Assembly: GCA_965195285.1 (NCBI GenBank)
Contig: CBDAFS010000031.1
Coordinates: 64,001-128,000 of the forward strand
From: an uncultured Aminicenantes bacterium
Lineage (GTDB): Bacteria > Acidobacteriota > Aminicenantia > UBA2199
Direction: 5' to 3'
DNA: 64,000 nt
Shown: positions 10,449 to 19,750 of the stretch, in pieces
How the letters are laid out: each line of letters begins with the position of its first letter
How positions within the stretch are numbered: position 1 is the stretch's first letter
Program-made: the position numbers and the translations under genes
The notes under the pieces: model-generated
Database searches by the model: none
Told to the model about the DNA's origin: nothing
Seen by the model: only the letters and a program-made list of their open reading frames with translations

Positions 10449-10660
10449 AAAAAGAATACGATTTTTCAAAATCCAGAAGAAACCCTTATTCAAAGAACCT
10501 GAAAAAACAGATAACAATAAAAATAGAAACAGAAACAATCGAATATTTTAAAAAAATGGCGGCTGAGACCGGAATACCCTATCAGAATCTCATAAATCTT
10601 TATTTAAGGGACTGCACAAAAAATAAAAGAAAATTTGAGCTGACCTGGAACGCATCTTAG
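10445..10660 (+). CDS. brnA: BrnA family antitoxin (RHH)
   Basis: MKKEYDFS...KKQITIKI...GIPYQNLINLYL; 4-bp overlap with brnT. Confidence 0.92.
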   Translation: MKKEYDFSKSRRNPYSKNLKKQITIKIETETIEYFKKMAAETGIPYQNLINLYLRDCTKNKRKFELTWNAS

Positions 10661-10697
10661 AAGAAAATGAAGAATGGGAACTTTTTAGAGAGGAGAT

Positions 10698-12116
10698 ATG
10701 ATAAGAATATTTAAAGCATTTGTGTTAATGTTCTGTTTAGTAATTCTAATTGTTTCATACGTACTATCTCAGGAAGAACCAATTATAACAGAAAAGGTTT
10801 TAGTAAAATGGTGGGTAATACCTTTTTTTGCAGTGGATAAGACTGGAAAGCCTATTATGGATTTGGATAAAGATGATATAGATTTAACTTTTGATAAACA
10901 TAAGATTAAAAAATTTATTGTTTATAAAAAACAATTTTATTTTACTGAAACAACAATTGAAAAAACACAAATAAAGCCACAGAGGAGATATGTTTTTTTA
11001 CTTTTTGATACCGCTTTATCAACAATTTCAACAGTAAACCGCTCGAAAGTGATTGCAAAAAGAATTGTGAATGAATCAGATGAAAATAATTACTTTATCC
11101 TAATGAGTCTAGAACCTTTTAGAGGATTAACTTATTTTGAAGGTCCTACAAATAACAAAGATTTGATCTTAAAATCGATTAAAAAGAAGATAAGCAGTAA
11201 ATATAATGAGTTTTCAATATCTAGAAATTTGAATCCTAAAACCGTTACTGATTCGAGTTTGAGAGAATGGAAAGCCAACCAGGTAATAGATAATGTTAGA
11301 GAATCAGGATTTTTTAATTCTTTAAGAACACTGCACTATGCATTAAAAACTATTGATGATAATAAGTTTGTTTATATGTTTGCTGAAGGTTTAAGAAATA
11401 TTAAAGCATTCGGGCGTGGAACAATCTCACACTATATGTTTTTATTAAAAAATGTAGCAAAACTAATAAATCAGAGTGGGGCAGTTCTTTTTATAATAAA
11501 TCCTTCAGGTGCATTTGAGTCTATGGCGAAATCAAGTTCTGGTGAGTTTTCAATGAGATATTTGGCTGAAATAAGTGGTGGGAAATATATTGAAGGCAAG
11601 AAGGAGATTGTTACCCAAAGAATAAACAGCATAAATAGAGCATATTATGAGATTGCTTTTTCAGATTCACCTGATTTTAAAGGGGATGTCCATAAAATTT
11701 CAATTAAAGCAAATAGAAAAGGGATTGAAATTTACTCAGTGAGGGCTTTATCAAGAGGAAAAGATTATAAGGATATGGATGAAATTGAAAGAGAAATATT
11801 GATTTTAAATGTTGTAGAAAAAGGATATTTGGCAAAATCAAAACTAAAGTTAGGCAAATTATATTTAGTTGAGAAAAAATCAAATAAAAACCAAATTGCT
11901 TATAAATTTAGATTACCTGATAATTATTTAAAAAATGAGATTGATTTATATAAAGTGTGGATAAATAGAGATAAGAAAGATGCAAAAATAGAGGTTGTGT
12001 GTTTAATTCCTGCAAAAAAAGAAATTTTTGTGAATGTAAAGAAGAAGAAAGGGTATAAAGAAAATATTGTTGTTGTTAATAAAAGCCAGAATTCAGCCCT
12101 TTTAAAAAAATTGTAA
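10698..12116 (+). CDS. Exported VWA-domain-related protein (Acidobacteria VWFA-related type)
   Basis: Signal peptide; AVDKTGKPIMDLDKDD, YVFLLFD, LAEISGGKY, YYEIAF and HKISIK pattern; AT-rich. Confidence 0.65.
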   Translation: MIRIFKAFVLMFCLVILIVSYVLSQEEPIITEKVLVKWWVIPFFAVDKTGKPIMDLDKDDIDLTFDKHKIKKFIVYKKQFYFTETTIEKTQIKPQRRYVFLLFDTALSTISTVNRSKVIAKRIVNESDENNYFILMSLEPFRGLTYFEGPTNNKDLILKSIKKKISSKYNEFSISRNLNPKTVTDSSLREWKANQVIDNVRESGFFNSLRTLHYALKTIDDNKFVYMFAEGLRNIKAFGRGTISHYMFLLKNVAKLINQSGAVLFIINPSGAFESMAKSSSGEFSMRYLAEISGGKYIEGKKEIVTQRINSINRAYYEIAFSDSPDFKGDVHKISIKANRKGIEIYSVRALSRGKDYKDMDEIEREILILNVVEKGYLAKSKLKLGKLYLVEKKSNKNQIAYKFRLPDNYLKNEIDLYKVWINRDKKDAKIEVVCLIPAKKEIFVNVKKKKGYKENIVVVNKSQNSALLKKL

Positions 12117-12265
12117 AAGATCTTCCTTTCCAACATAATAGTGGCTTCTATAACCTCTATTCATAAAGATAATTAAAAATTTAAATTTGGTAATCTATCA
12201 GACTTCTAAAAAATATCCACCATCTTATATCTTAAATCCCTCATGTTATAAAAAATACTATAAGT

Positions 12266-13465
12266 TTAGTTTTCAATTAATTCTATTATTTTTTGTTCAA
12301 ATTTATTGAAATTGTCTGCACCGAGTTTAAAATCCACGATGGTACCTTTGGGATTGATTACAAATAAGGTCGGGAAACCCAGGACTCCGAAATCATTCAG
12401 TGTTTTTGAGTCCTCTACCAGGGCGATGGGAAAGGTGGCCTTATGTCGGTTCAAAAGTTTTTTGATCAGCTCGATTTCATCTGACCGGGAAACGGAAATT
12501 TTATGGTGAATGTCATCACTGTAACGGCCGGTTAAGCGGGTGATGCCGATAAGCAAGAATTCAGGGTGTTGATGTTGCTGAAATAATTTTTGCAGTTTCG
12601 GAAACAGCTCCCGGCAGGGAAAACATCCGGGAGACCAGAAATAGATGAGTGTCACCTTGCCCTGCATTTTCTGTTTGCTTAACGGTTCTGAGTTCAACCA
12701 GGTTGTGAATTTCATTTCCGATAGAGGGATATTGATCTGTTTCAGGGCTTCCAGATAACAGCGTATGGTTCGTTCAGCTACACGGTTTAATGGTTGTTTC
12801 AGGGCTTTTCCCAGGAATGCAATGGCCTTTCCGGGACCGGATCTATCTTTTTCAATTTCGGCAAGATTGGTATAGATTCGACCGGCCTGGGGTCCAAGTG
12901 AAATTTCTTTCCTGGCTGCTTTCAAAAATTTGTTCGAATACAGCCATCTGTCTTCCCTTTTTTTTGAATGAAGGGACAATTGATAGATAATTTGATAATA
13001 GGCCTTATTCGGGATGGTCTTATTCTCGATCGATTGAAAAACAGATAATGCCTCACTGACATTTTTCTTTGCCAATTGAACCCTGACCTTTTCCAACTTG
13101 ACCTCTGGTGATAGGGGCGACTTTTTCTGGATCAAGGTGTCATAGATGACCAGTGATTGATCGTGTTGGCCCAAATCGAACCATATTTTGCCCCGGATTA
13201 ATTCATTTTGATTACTGGGGGTAACCTCTTTCAATCTTTTTAATAAATTTCTCAGTTTTGTTTCACGGGTTTGATTTAACTGTTCATGTTCCCGATCGGA
13301 TCGGACCTGGTTTAATCGGGAATAGTATGATTTATTGATTGAATGGTATTCCTGGGCAGGGGAGCGGGAGGACTGATTTTGTGAGCATTGACTGAGGCTA
13401 AGCAGAAGACAAATATACAGGCCGCATATACGGATCCTTGATTCCGTACGGGGTTCTTTTTTCAT
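12266..13465 (-). CDS. TlpA/ResA-like disulfide reductase with N-terminal TPR-like region (possible lipoprotein)
   Basis: GKVTLIYFWSPGCFPC and GFPTLFVINPKG; helical repeats upstream; hydrophobic N-terminus ending in Cys. Confidence 0.82.
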   Translation of the reverse strand: MKKEPRTESRIRICGLYICLLLSLSQCSQNQSSRSPAQEYHSINKSYYSRLNQVRSDREHEQLNQTRETKLRNLLKRLKEVTPSNQNELIRGKIWFDLGQHDQSLVIYDTLIQKKSPLSPEVKLEKVRVQLAKKNVSEALSVFQSIENKTIPNKAYYQIIYQLSLHSKKREDRWLYSNKFLKAARKEISLGPQAGRIYTNLAEIEKDRSGPGKAIAFLGKALKQPLNRVAERTIRCYLEALKQINIPLSEMKFTTWLNSEPLSKQKMQGKVTLIYFWSPGCFPCRELFPKLQKLFQQHQHPEFLLIGITRLTGRYSDDIHHKISVSRSDEIELIKKLLNRHKATFPIALVEDSKTLNDFGVLGFPTLFVINPKGTIVDFKLGADNFNKFEQKIIELIEN

Positions 13466-13628
13466 ATTTATTATTGAATATTATAGCATTAAAAAATATA
13501 ATTTATTCTGGGTTTTTCAAAAAATAGTTTGAAAATTGAAACCATATTGATATCATAATAGTCAACAATATGGAGAAAAGGGGGAAATTATTTTATTTGT
13601 CCGACAAACGGTTTTTAAGGAGGCAACC

Positions 13629-14756
13629 ATGAAAAAGGGAAAAACATTTTTTATTTTAATTGTGGTGCTGGTGATATTTTTGGGCTTGCTACCGGCCAGA
13701 GAGAAAAGTCGTCAATCTGTTATTCAGATGGTGATTCTGCTGGATACCAGCGGAAGTATGGAGGGGTTGATTGAACAGGCCAAGACCCAGTTGTGGAAGA
13801 TTGTCAATGAAATGGCCCTGGCCAAAAAGAATGGGAAAGTTCCCAGGCTCCTGGTTGGCCTTTATGAATATGGCAAAAGCACTATCCCGGCCAGCGAAGG
13901 ATATCTTCGGATGCTTGTTCCCTTGAGTGAAGATCTGGATCGGATATCCGAAGAACTTTTCAAACTTAAGACCAATGGCGGCCAGGAGTACTGCGGAAAA
14001 GTGATTCGGGCAGCGACCCGGGGATTGCAGTGGAGTCAGAACAACAGTGATTACAAAGTGGTTTTTATTGCCGGGAACGAACCCTTTACCCAGGGTGATG
14101 TGGATTACAAAACAGCCTGCCGGTCAGCCATAAAAAAAGGCATTGTGGTGAATACCATTTTTTGTGGTAATTATGAACAGGGAATCAGAACATCCTGGAA
14201 AGACGGAGCCGATCTGGCGGATGGGAAATATATGAATATTGATCACAATCAAAAGATCGTTCATATTTCGGCACCCCAGGACAAAGCGATTGTCGAGCTG
14301 GGCCAGGAACTCAATCAGACCTATATAGCCTATGGAAAAGCCGGGAAGGGGAAAAAGGAACGGCAGAAACGGCAGGATAAAAATGCCCTGTCTGTGAATG
14401 AGGAAGTGATGGTACAGCGGTCCGTGGCCAAATCTTCTCCCCAGTATTCCAATGCCACCTGGGATATGGTGGATGCGGTAAAAGAGGGTAAGGTTAAGAT
14501 CGAAGATATAAAAGAAGAGGATTTGCCTGAAGAGCTGAAAAAAATGAACAAGCGAGAGCGAGTGAAATATGTGAATAAACTGAAAAAAAAGCGGGAGGAT
14601 ATTCAGACGAAAATCAATCAGTTGAACCGGGAGAGAGAAAAGTATGTGACCCAGAAACGCAAAGAAATTTCCGATGAATTGACGCTTGATGAAGTGCTGG
14701 TCAAGACCATCAAGGAGCAGGCCTCGAAAAAAAATTATAAATTCGAAAAGAAATAA
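13629..14756 (+). CDS. Secreted VWA-domain protein with C-terminal coiled coil
   Basis: Signal peptide; MIDAS LDTSGSM; TNGGQE; FIAGNEPF; charged helical C-terminus. Confidence 0.85.
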   Translation: MKKGKTFFILIVVLVIFLGLLPAREKSRQSVIQMVILLDTSGSMEGLIEQAKTQLWKIVNEMALAKKNGKVPRLLVGLYEYGKSTIPASEGYLRMLVPLSEDLDRISEELFKLKTNGGQEYCGKVIRAATRGLQWSQNNSDYKVVFIAGNEPFTQGDVDYKTACRSAIKKGIVVNTIFCGNYEQGIRTSWKDGADLADGKYMNIDHNQKIVHISAPQDKAIVELGQELNQTYIAYGKAGKGKKERQKRQDKNALSVNEEVMVQRSVAKSSPQYSNATWDMVDAVKEGKVKIEDIKEEDLPEELKKMNKRERVKYVNKLKKKREDIQTKINQLNREREKYVTQKRKEISDELTLDEVLVKTIKEQASKKNYKFEKK

Positions 14757-14778
14757 GTTTTTAATATAGGAGGGTACA

Positions 14779-17019
14779 ATGTTTCAGGAAAAGATTATAA
14801 AGACGGCCTTGTTTTTGGTGATGATCATTGGCTTAACAGCCGGAGTTTTTGCAGATGGTTTCATTGTGGTTCCTCATCCTCCCCATCCGTTTACCCCGTT
14901 TCCCCTGGAGGTTCAGTATCATCACGTGGATGTAATCATCAAAGATCAAATTGCCACCACCTCCATCGATCAGGTGTTTTACAATCCCACCCGCAGAAGG
15001 CTGGAGGGGTATTACCTGTTCCCGATTCCCAAACAGGCAGTGATTAAAAAATTCAGCATGTTTGTGAATGGCAAAGAAGTGGAAGCCGAACTCCTGGATG
15101 CCGGGAAAGCCAGGCGAATTTATGAGGATATTGTCAGAAAGCAGCGGGATCCCGCTTTGCTGGAATACAGCGGGACCGGTGTTTTTAAAGTCCGGATATT
15201 TCCCATAGAGCCCCATTCAAAAAAAAGGGTAAAAATTTCTTATCATGAGTTCTTAAAAAAAGATAATAATACCATTGAGTATCTTTATCCACTTAATACG
15301 GAAAAGTTTTCAGCTAAACCATTGAAGAATGTCAGTATAAAAGTTGATCTTAATTCAAAAGGGGAATTAAAAAATATCTATTGTCCGACCCATAATGCAG
15401 AGATCATCCGTAAAGGCAAGAACAGAGCAATTATTGGCTATGAAGAAAGAAATATCAGACCTGATATTGATTTTAAACTTTATTACACCACAGACAATAC
15501 TAAAGTTGGATTTTCCCTTCTATCTTATAAAAAGAAGGTGGAGAATGGTTATTTCTTTTTGAGTTTAAGTCCCACTTTTAAATTCAGGAAAAATGAAGTT
15601 GTTGAGAAAAATATCACCTTTGTTCTTGATGTTTCTGGAAGTATGGTAGGGGAGAAGCTAAAACAGGCTAAGAAAGCATTGTTGTTCTGTATTGAAAATC
15701 TAAACCGGGGAGATCGATTTGAAATTATTCGGTTCTCAACTGAAGCAGAGGCTCTGTTCGGGAATCTATCCATTGTAAATGAGAACAATCGGGATAAAGC
15801 CAGAGATTTTTTAGAAGAATTGAGAGCCATCGGTGGAACAAATATTGATGAAGCCCTGAGTATGGCATTAAAGCAAAAAACAAAAAGAGGACGACCTTAT
15901 ATAATAATATTTTTAACTGACGGGAAGCCAACCATTGGCGAAACCAATGAAACAACCCTGGTAAAAAAAATAAAACAAAACAATATATCGAACACCAGAA
16001 TATTTACCTTTGGCATAGGAAATGAAATAAACACCCATTTGTTGGATAAAATAACCGAAATGACTAAAGCTTACCGTACCTATATTTCACCTCAGGAGGA
16101 TATCGAAGTCAAAGTGTCCAATTTTTACACCAAAATCCAGTCTCCCGTTCTAACTGATATAAAGATAAAATTTGGTGAGAATATAAAAGTTTCTAAAATT
16201 TATCCTCTTGAATTACCTGATCTTTTTAAAGGATCTACCTTGTCAATTTTTGGGCGTTATAAAGGAAGTGGAAGAACCAAAATTATCCTTGAGGGGAAAG
16301 TAAGAAATAGGGTAGAAAGATTTGAATATGATGTGACTACGGGTTTTAAATCCATTTCTTCACCTGATAGAGAAAAAAATGACTTTATCGCTCCCTTATG
16401 GGCTGCTAGACGAATTGGGTATTTACTGGATCAGATCAGACTTCATGGGAAGAGCAAAGAATTGATAGATGAAATTACAGAGCTTGCCAGAACTTATGGG
16501 ATTATTACACCCTATACCAGTTATCTGATTGTGGAAGATGAAAAATCCCGTGTGGAACGAAGAGATATTCGATTAGCTGATCAAACCCTGGCTCCTGCTG
16601 CCAGAAGTGACCGGGAGTTCGAAAAAAGAAACCGGGAAGAATTTCATAGTATTAAGAAAAAATCAGGTGAAAAGAGTGTTCAGGTGAGTAAAGAATTCCA
16701 GGAGCTTAATGTGGCTTCCAATTATTCTCAGATGATACAGGGAAAGTCCCGGCTTGGTTATGTTGATAATAAAGGAAATATACAGAATATAACCCAGCAG
16801 GTTAAAAATATTCAGGGTAGAGCCATATACAATAATGGAGACTCCTGGGTGGATTCCAGAATTCAAACTCAAAAGTTCAAAAAAACTATAAGGATTCAAT
16901 TTGCCAGCAGGGAATATTTTGAATTGTTCAGGACCCATCCGGAATCAGCTCAATTCTTAGCCCTGGGCCAGAACGTCCGCTTTATCTTAAAGGACAGTCT
17001 CTACGAAATATATGAATAA
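14779..17019 (+). CDS. Secreted VIT + VWA domain protein (inter-alpha-trypsin-inhibitor-like)
   Basis: Signal peptide; VIT region (QVFYNP...LEGYYLFPIP, ARRIYEDIVR..DPALLE); MIDAS LDVSGSM, GGTNI, FLTDG; LWAARRIG; ITPYTSYL. Confidence 0.9.
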   Translation: MFQEKIIKTALFLVMIIGLTAGVFADGFIVVPHPPHPFTPFPLEVQYHHVDVIIKDQIATTSIDQVFYNPTRRRLEGYYLFPIPKQAVIKKFSMFVNGKEVEAELLDAGKARRIYEDIVRKQRDPALLEYSGTGVFKVRIFPIEPHSKKRVKISYHEFLKKDNNTIEYLYPLNTEKFSAKPLKNVSIKVDLNSKGELKNIYCPTHNAEIIRKGKNRAIIGYEERNIRPDIDFKLYYTTDNTKVGFSLLSYKKKVENGYFFLSLSPTFKFRKNEVVEKNITFVLDVSGSMVGEKLKQAKKALLFCIENLNRGDRFEIIRFSTEAEALFGNLSIVNENNRDKARDFLEELRAIGGTNIDEALSMALKQKTKRGRPYIIIFLTDGKPTIGETNETTLVKKIKQNNISNTRIFTFGIGNEINTHLLDKITEMTKAYRTYISPQEDIEVKVSNFYTKIQSPVLTDIKIKFGENIKVSKIYPLELPDLFKGSTLSIFGRYKGSGRTKIILEGKVRNRVERFEYDVTTGFKSISSPDREKNDFIAPLWAARRIGYLLDQIRLHGKSKELIDEITELARTYGIITPYTSYLIVEDEKSRVERRDIRLADQTLAPAARSDREFEKRNREEFHSIKKKSGEKSVQVSKEFQELNVASNYSQMIQGKSRLGYVDNKGNIQNITQQVKNIQGRAIYNNGDSWVDSRIQTQKFKKTIRIQFASREYFELFRTHPESAQFLALGQNVRFILKDSLYEIYE

Positions 17020-17035
17020 ATGACAAGTGGACAAG

Positions 17036-17086
17036 TGGGGTCAGGTCTTGCATTGCGGCAATGTTATAATGCAAGACCTGACCCCA
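17036..17086. repeat. Perfect 19-bp inverted repeat (REP-like element or terminator)
   Basis: TGGGGTCAGGTCTTGCATT-N13-AATGCAAGACCTGACCCCA, 17 bp after the VIT-VWA stop codon. Confidence 0.8.
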
Positions 17087-17199
17087 TGTTTTCTTATTCA
17101 TCCGTTTGCAGTTTTGGAAACCGTATTAATTGATTTGGCAGTATGCATCCGATTTACTATTTATTTATCCAACAAATTAAGTTATTATGAGGAATACAA

Positions 17200-18078
17200 A
17201 TGTTCATGGGATCCGAATTCAAATTAAAAATTAGCCGGAAGATGAATCCTTCCGGCAACCGTTTTCTGTCTCTTTTATTGGTATTCATGTTCTTGTTTTC
17301 CGTTTTCGTTCCCTGTTTTTCCCAGGATTCTCCCCCGGAACCCGTTATATACAGCATGGAGCAGGCCGACGCACTGTTCATCGCCGGGCTTTATGATGAA
17401 GCACTGAAGATGCTGGATAAACTGGAAGAAGAAATTTCTACTCCCGAGCAGCAGGTGCAGCTATATCTGTTGAAAGCCAGGAGCCACCTGGGCCGGGAAG
17501 ATACGGAAAATGGTGAAAATACGGTCCGGGAAATTTTCAAACAGGGCCTGTCCGACCGTATTCAAATGGACAGTCTGGAAGAAAAACTCCGGTTTCTGTT
17601 TGAGAAAGTACGCCCGGAATACTGGTTTGCTTTAAAAAAGGAAAAAATCGATGAGGAAAAATTCGACCGCCTGGTCATCCAGCAGTACCGGAAAAAGCCG
17701 AAAAAAAAGAGATTGCTGCCCAAGCTGATTCTCGGAGCAGTGCTGGTCGGTGCGGTGGTGGCTGCAGTACTGTTCATCACCTCCAATACAAAGGAAGAAG
17801 AGGATAAGGGAAATCTGGGGACATTGAAATTTGAGAACTCAATCCACTGGGACGTTAGCATTGAGGTTTGTAATATTGTCAAAAATGTGCCGGGAACCAA
17901 TAACAATAGCTGGGGCAAACCGCCGGTTAACTTCGCCTATGTGGACTTGCCCCCGGGAACCCATACCCTGACCGTCACCTCGACAAGCACCTATACGGGG
18001 GAAACCACCGTTTTTACCTATTCTATTGAAATCATTACCGGCCAGGAAACCCATTTTGTGTTTTACCCTACATCCTGA
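17200..18078 (+). CDS. Hypothetical membrane/exported protein (TPR-like N-domain, TM helix, small beta domain)
   Basis: Signal-like segment; TPR-like helices (AGLYDEALKML...LYLLKARSHL); KKPKKKR followed by a hydrophobic helix; LPPGTHTLTV beta domain. The start may be 17242. Confidence 0.7.
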   Translation: MFMGSEFKLKISRKMNPSGNRFLSLLLVFMFLFSVFVPCFSQDSPPEPVIYSMEQADALFIAGLYDEALKMLDKLEEEISTPEQQVQLYLLKARSHLGREDTENGENTVREIFKQGLSDRIQMDSLEEKLRFLFEKVRPEYWFALKKEKIDEEKFDRLVIQQYRKKPKKKRLLPKLILGAVLVGAVVAAVLFITSNTKEEEDKGNLGTLKFENSIHWDVSIEVCNIVKNVPGTNNNSWGKPPVNFAYVDLPPGTHTLTVTSTSTYTGETTVFTYSIEIITGQETHFVFYPTS

Positions 18079-18144
18079 TTCAGAAAGCCGGGATCCCGGA
18101 ATCCAACCCCCCATGACCCTCGGGGTCTTTAAGGCTAAAGAGGC

Positions 18145-18173
18145 TTGACATATCGGTATTTTTGGGGTATTTT
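18145..18173 (+). promoter_or_regulatory. Sigma70 promoter of the ribH operon
   Basis: TTGACA-N17-TATTTT upstream of a GGAG SD. Confidence 0.6.
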
Positions 18174-18191
18174 TAACTTTTGGAGAAAAAA

Positions 18192-18659
18192 ATGAAAGAA
18201 TATGAAGGCCAACTGATATCAAAAGGATTCAAATATGCGGTGGTGGTTTCCCGTTTCAATTATTTCATAACCGAAAAACTGCTGGATGGTGCCATAGATG
18301 CCCTGAGCCGCACCGGAGCCACCGATAATGAAATAGAAGTATTCAAAGTTCCCGGTTCGTTTGAAATACCCCTGGTGGTGAAGCGTCTGGCCCAGAAAAA
18401 AAAATTCGATGCCATTATTTGTCTGGGTTCAATTATCCGGGGTGAAACCCCCCATTTTGATTATATTGCCAGTGAAGTTTCCAAAGGTATTGCCATGCTG
18501 AATCTGGAGTATACCATTCCCATTTCCTTTGGCATCATAACTGCCGATAATACCGATCAAGCCATTGAAAGAGCCGGAAACAAAATGGGAAACAAAGGCT
18601 TCCAGGCTGCCCAGTCAGCAGTGGAATTGTTGAATCTTTTTAAAGATGCCAAGATTTAA
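18192..18659 (+). CDS. ribH: 6,7-dimethyl-8-ribityllumazine synthase
   Basis: [35 protein letters not shown]; ATG 18192 follows GGAG. Confidence 0.98.
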   Translation: MKEYEGQLISKGFKYAVVVSRFNYFITEKLLDGAIDALSRTGATDNEIEVFKVPGSFEIPLVVKRLAQKKKFDAIICLGSIIRGETPHFDYIASEVSKGIAMLNLEYTIPISFGIITADNTDQAIERAGNKMGNKGFQAAQSAVELLNLFKDAKI

Positions 18660-19060
18660 TGTTTCGGATTAAGTACAGCCGGGAAGTTACATTAAAACTA
18701 TTGTATCAAATCGATGTCCTTGACCTCGGAGAGGAGGCTGGCCGTGATATCCTTGAGAACAATTTAAATTTTTTCAAGGGCCTCAACCAGAAAGAAAAGG
18801 ATTTTATTCAAAAAATGGTGTCGCAGGTTTTATCCAACATTCGGACCATTGATGATCAAATCTCTAAGCGCCTGATCGATTGGTCATTAAAACGGCTGAC
18901 CCCGGTGGACCGGAATTTACTGAGAATGGGCATTGCAGAATCCAGTTTCAATACGGAAAAGGCCATTATCATAGATGATATCATTCGGATTTCCAAAAAA
19001 TACAGTGGTGAAGATTCCTATAAAATTATCAATGCCATTCTGGATAAAGTGATTGTATGA
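18659..19060 (+). CDS. nusB: Transcription antitermination factor NusB
   Basis: WSLKRLTPVDRNLLRMG and SYKIINAILDK; conserved ribH-nusB synteny. Confidence 0.92.
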   Translation: MFRIKYSREVTLKLLYQIDVLDLGEEAGRDILENNLNFFKGLNQKEKDFIQKMVSQVLSNIRTIDDQISKRLIDWSLKRLTPVDRNLLRMGIAESSFNTEKAIIIDDIIRISKKYSGEDSYKIINAILDKVIV

Positions 19061-19743
19061 AGATATTTTTAATCCTTCTTTTTTTTATTTCTCCGTTGCG
19101 TCAGGTCGAGAATTTTCAGTTTTGTTTTCTGAGCCAGCAACTCGATATTTTTCCTGATTACAGCAATGGTAATTTTTCACAGAAGATATACTACCGGAAT
19201 GGAAAAACTTATCCGGAAACCAAGGGTCTGAATTTTTTCGATATCAATCTGAATTTTCGGATTTTCTTGAACCATGGATATGTATCCAGGCTGGATCCTG
19301 AAGTGCGGAAAATTCTGGTTGGCCTGCCGGTTCAATCCATGACCTTGAGAAGATTTCTAAGTCATGTGGGAGATTTTTTAAAAAAAAACATTCAATATCA
19401 GGACAATGACTTTCCACAGGATCCGGTATCGGTGCTGGTGAACGGGCGGGCCAATTGTATTGGTTATTCCGACCTTTTCAGCACGCTTTTAAACTCTGTA
19501 GGGGTTAAGAATAAATTTGTAAAAGGTTTTTATTTAAAAAAAGGGAAACAGAATAAATGGGTTCCGGTTCCCCACCGCTGGATTGAAATTTCACTTTCCA
19601 ATGGTTTTAAGTATTTTTATGATCCGCAATACCAAGATTTTTCTGCCAATTATGTGGTCATTAAGGATGGGATCGATTTTTTCAGTATTAAGAAATTTAA
19701 GGCGTATTTGATTAAAAAATCCAAAGAAATTATTAACCGGTGA
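19057..19743 (+). CDS. Transglutaminase-like domain protein
   Basis: GRANCIGYS (Cys), PHRWIE (His) and FYDP (Asp) triad; hydrophobic N-terminus. Confidence 0.78.
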   Translation: MKIFLILLFFISPLRQVENFQFCFLSQQLDIFPDYSNGNFSQKIYYRNGKTYPETKGLNFFDINLNFRIFLNHGYVSRLDPEVRKILVGLPVQSMTLRRFLSHVGDFLKKNIQYQDNDFPQDPVSVLVNGRANCIGYSDLFSTLLNSVGVKNKFVKGFYLKKGKQNKWVPVPHRWIEISLSNGFKYFYDPQYQDFSANYVVIKDGIDFFSIKKFKAYLIKKSKEIINR

Positions 19744-19750
19744 GGCGTGC

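Noticed and set aside
10152-12160. Integron cassette array (TA pair plus AT-rich ORF)
   Set aside because: No convincing attC (paired RYYYAAC...GTTRRRY with an internal palindrome) and no intI in the window.
17027-17227. 66-aa ORF MDKWGQVLHC...MQDLTP
   Set aside because: It is a translation of the 19-bp palindrome and adjacent intergenic DNA.
18080-18190. FMN riboswitch upstream of ribH
   Set aside because: No RFN conserved segments are visible, and a sigma70 promoter lies under 20 bp from the ATG, leaving no room.
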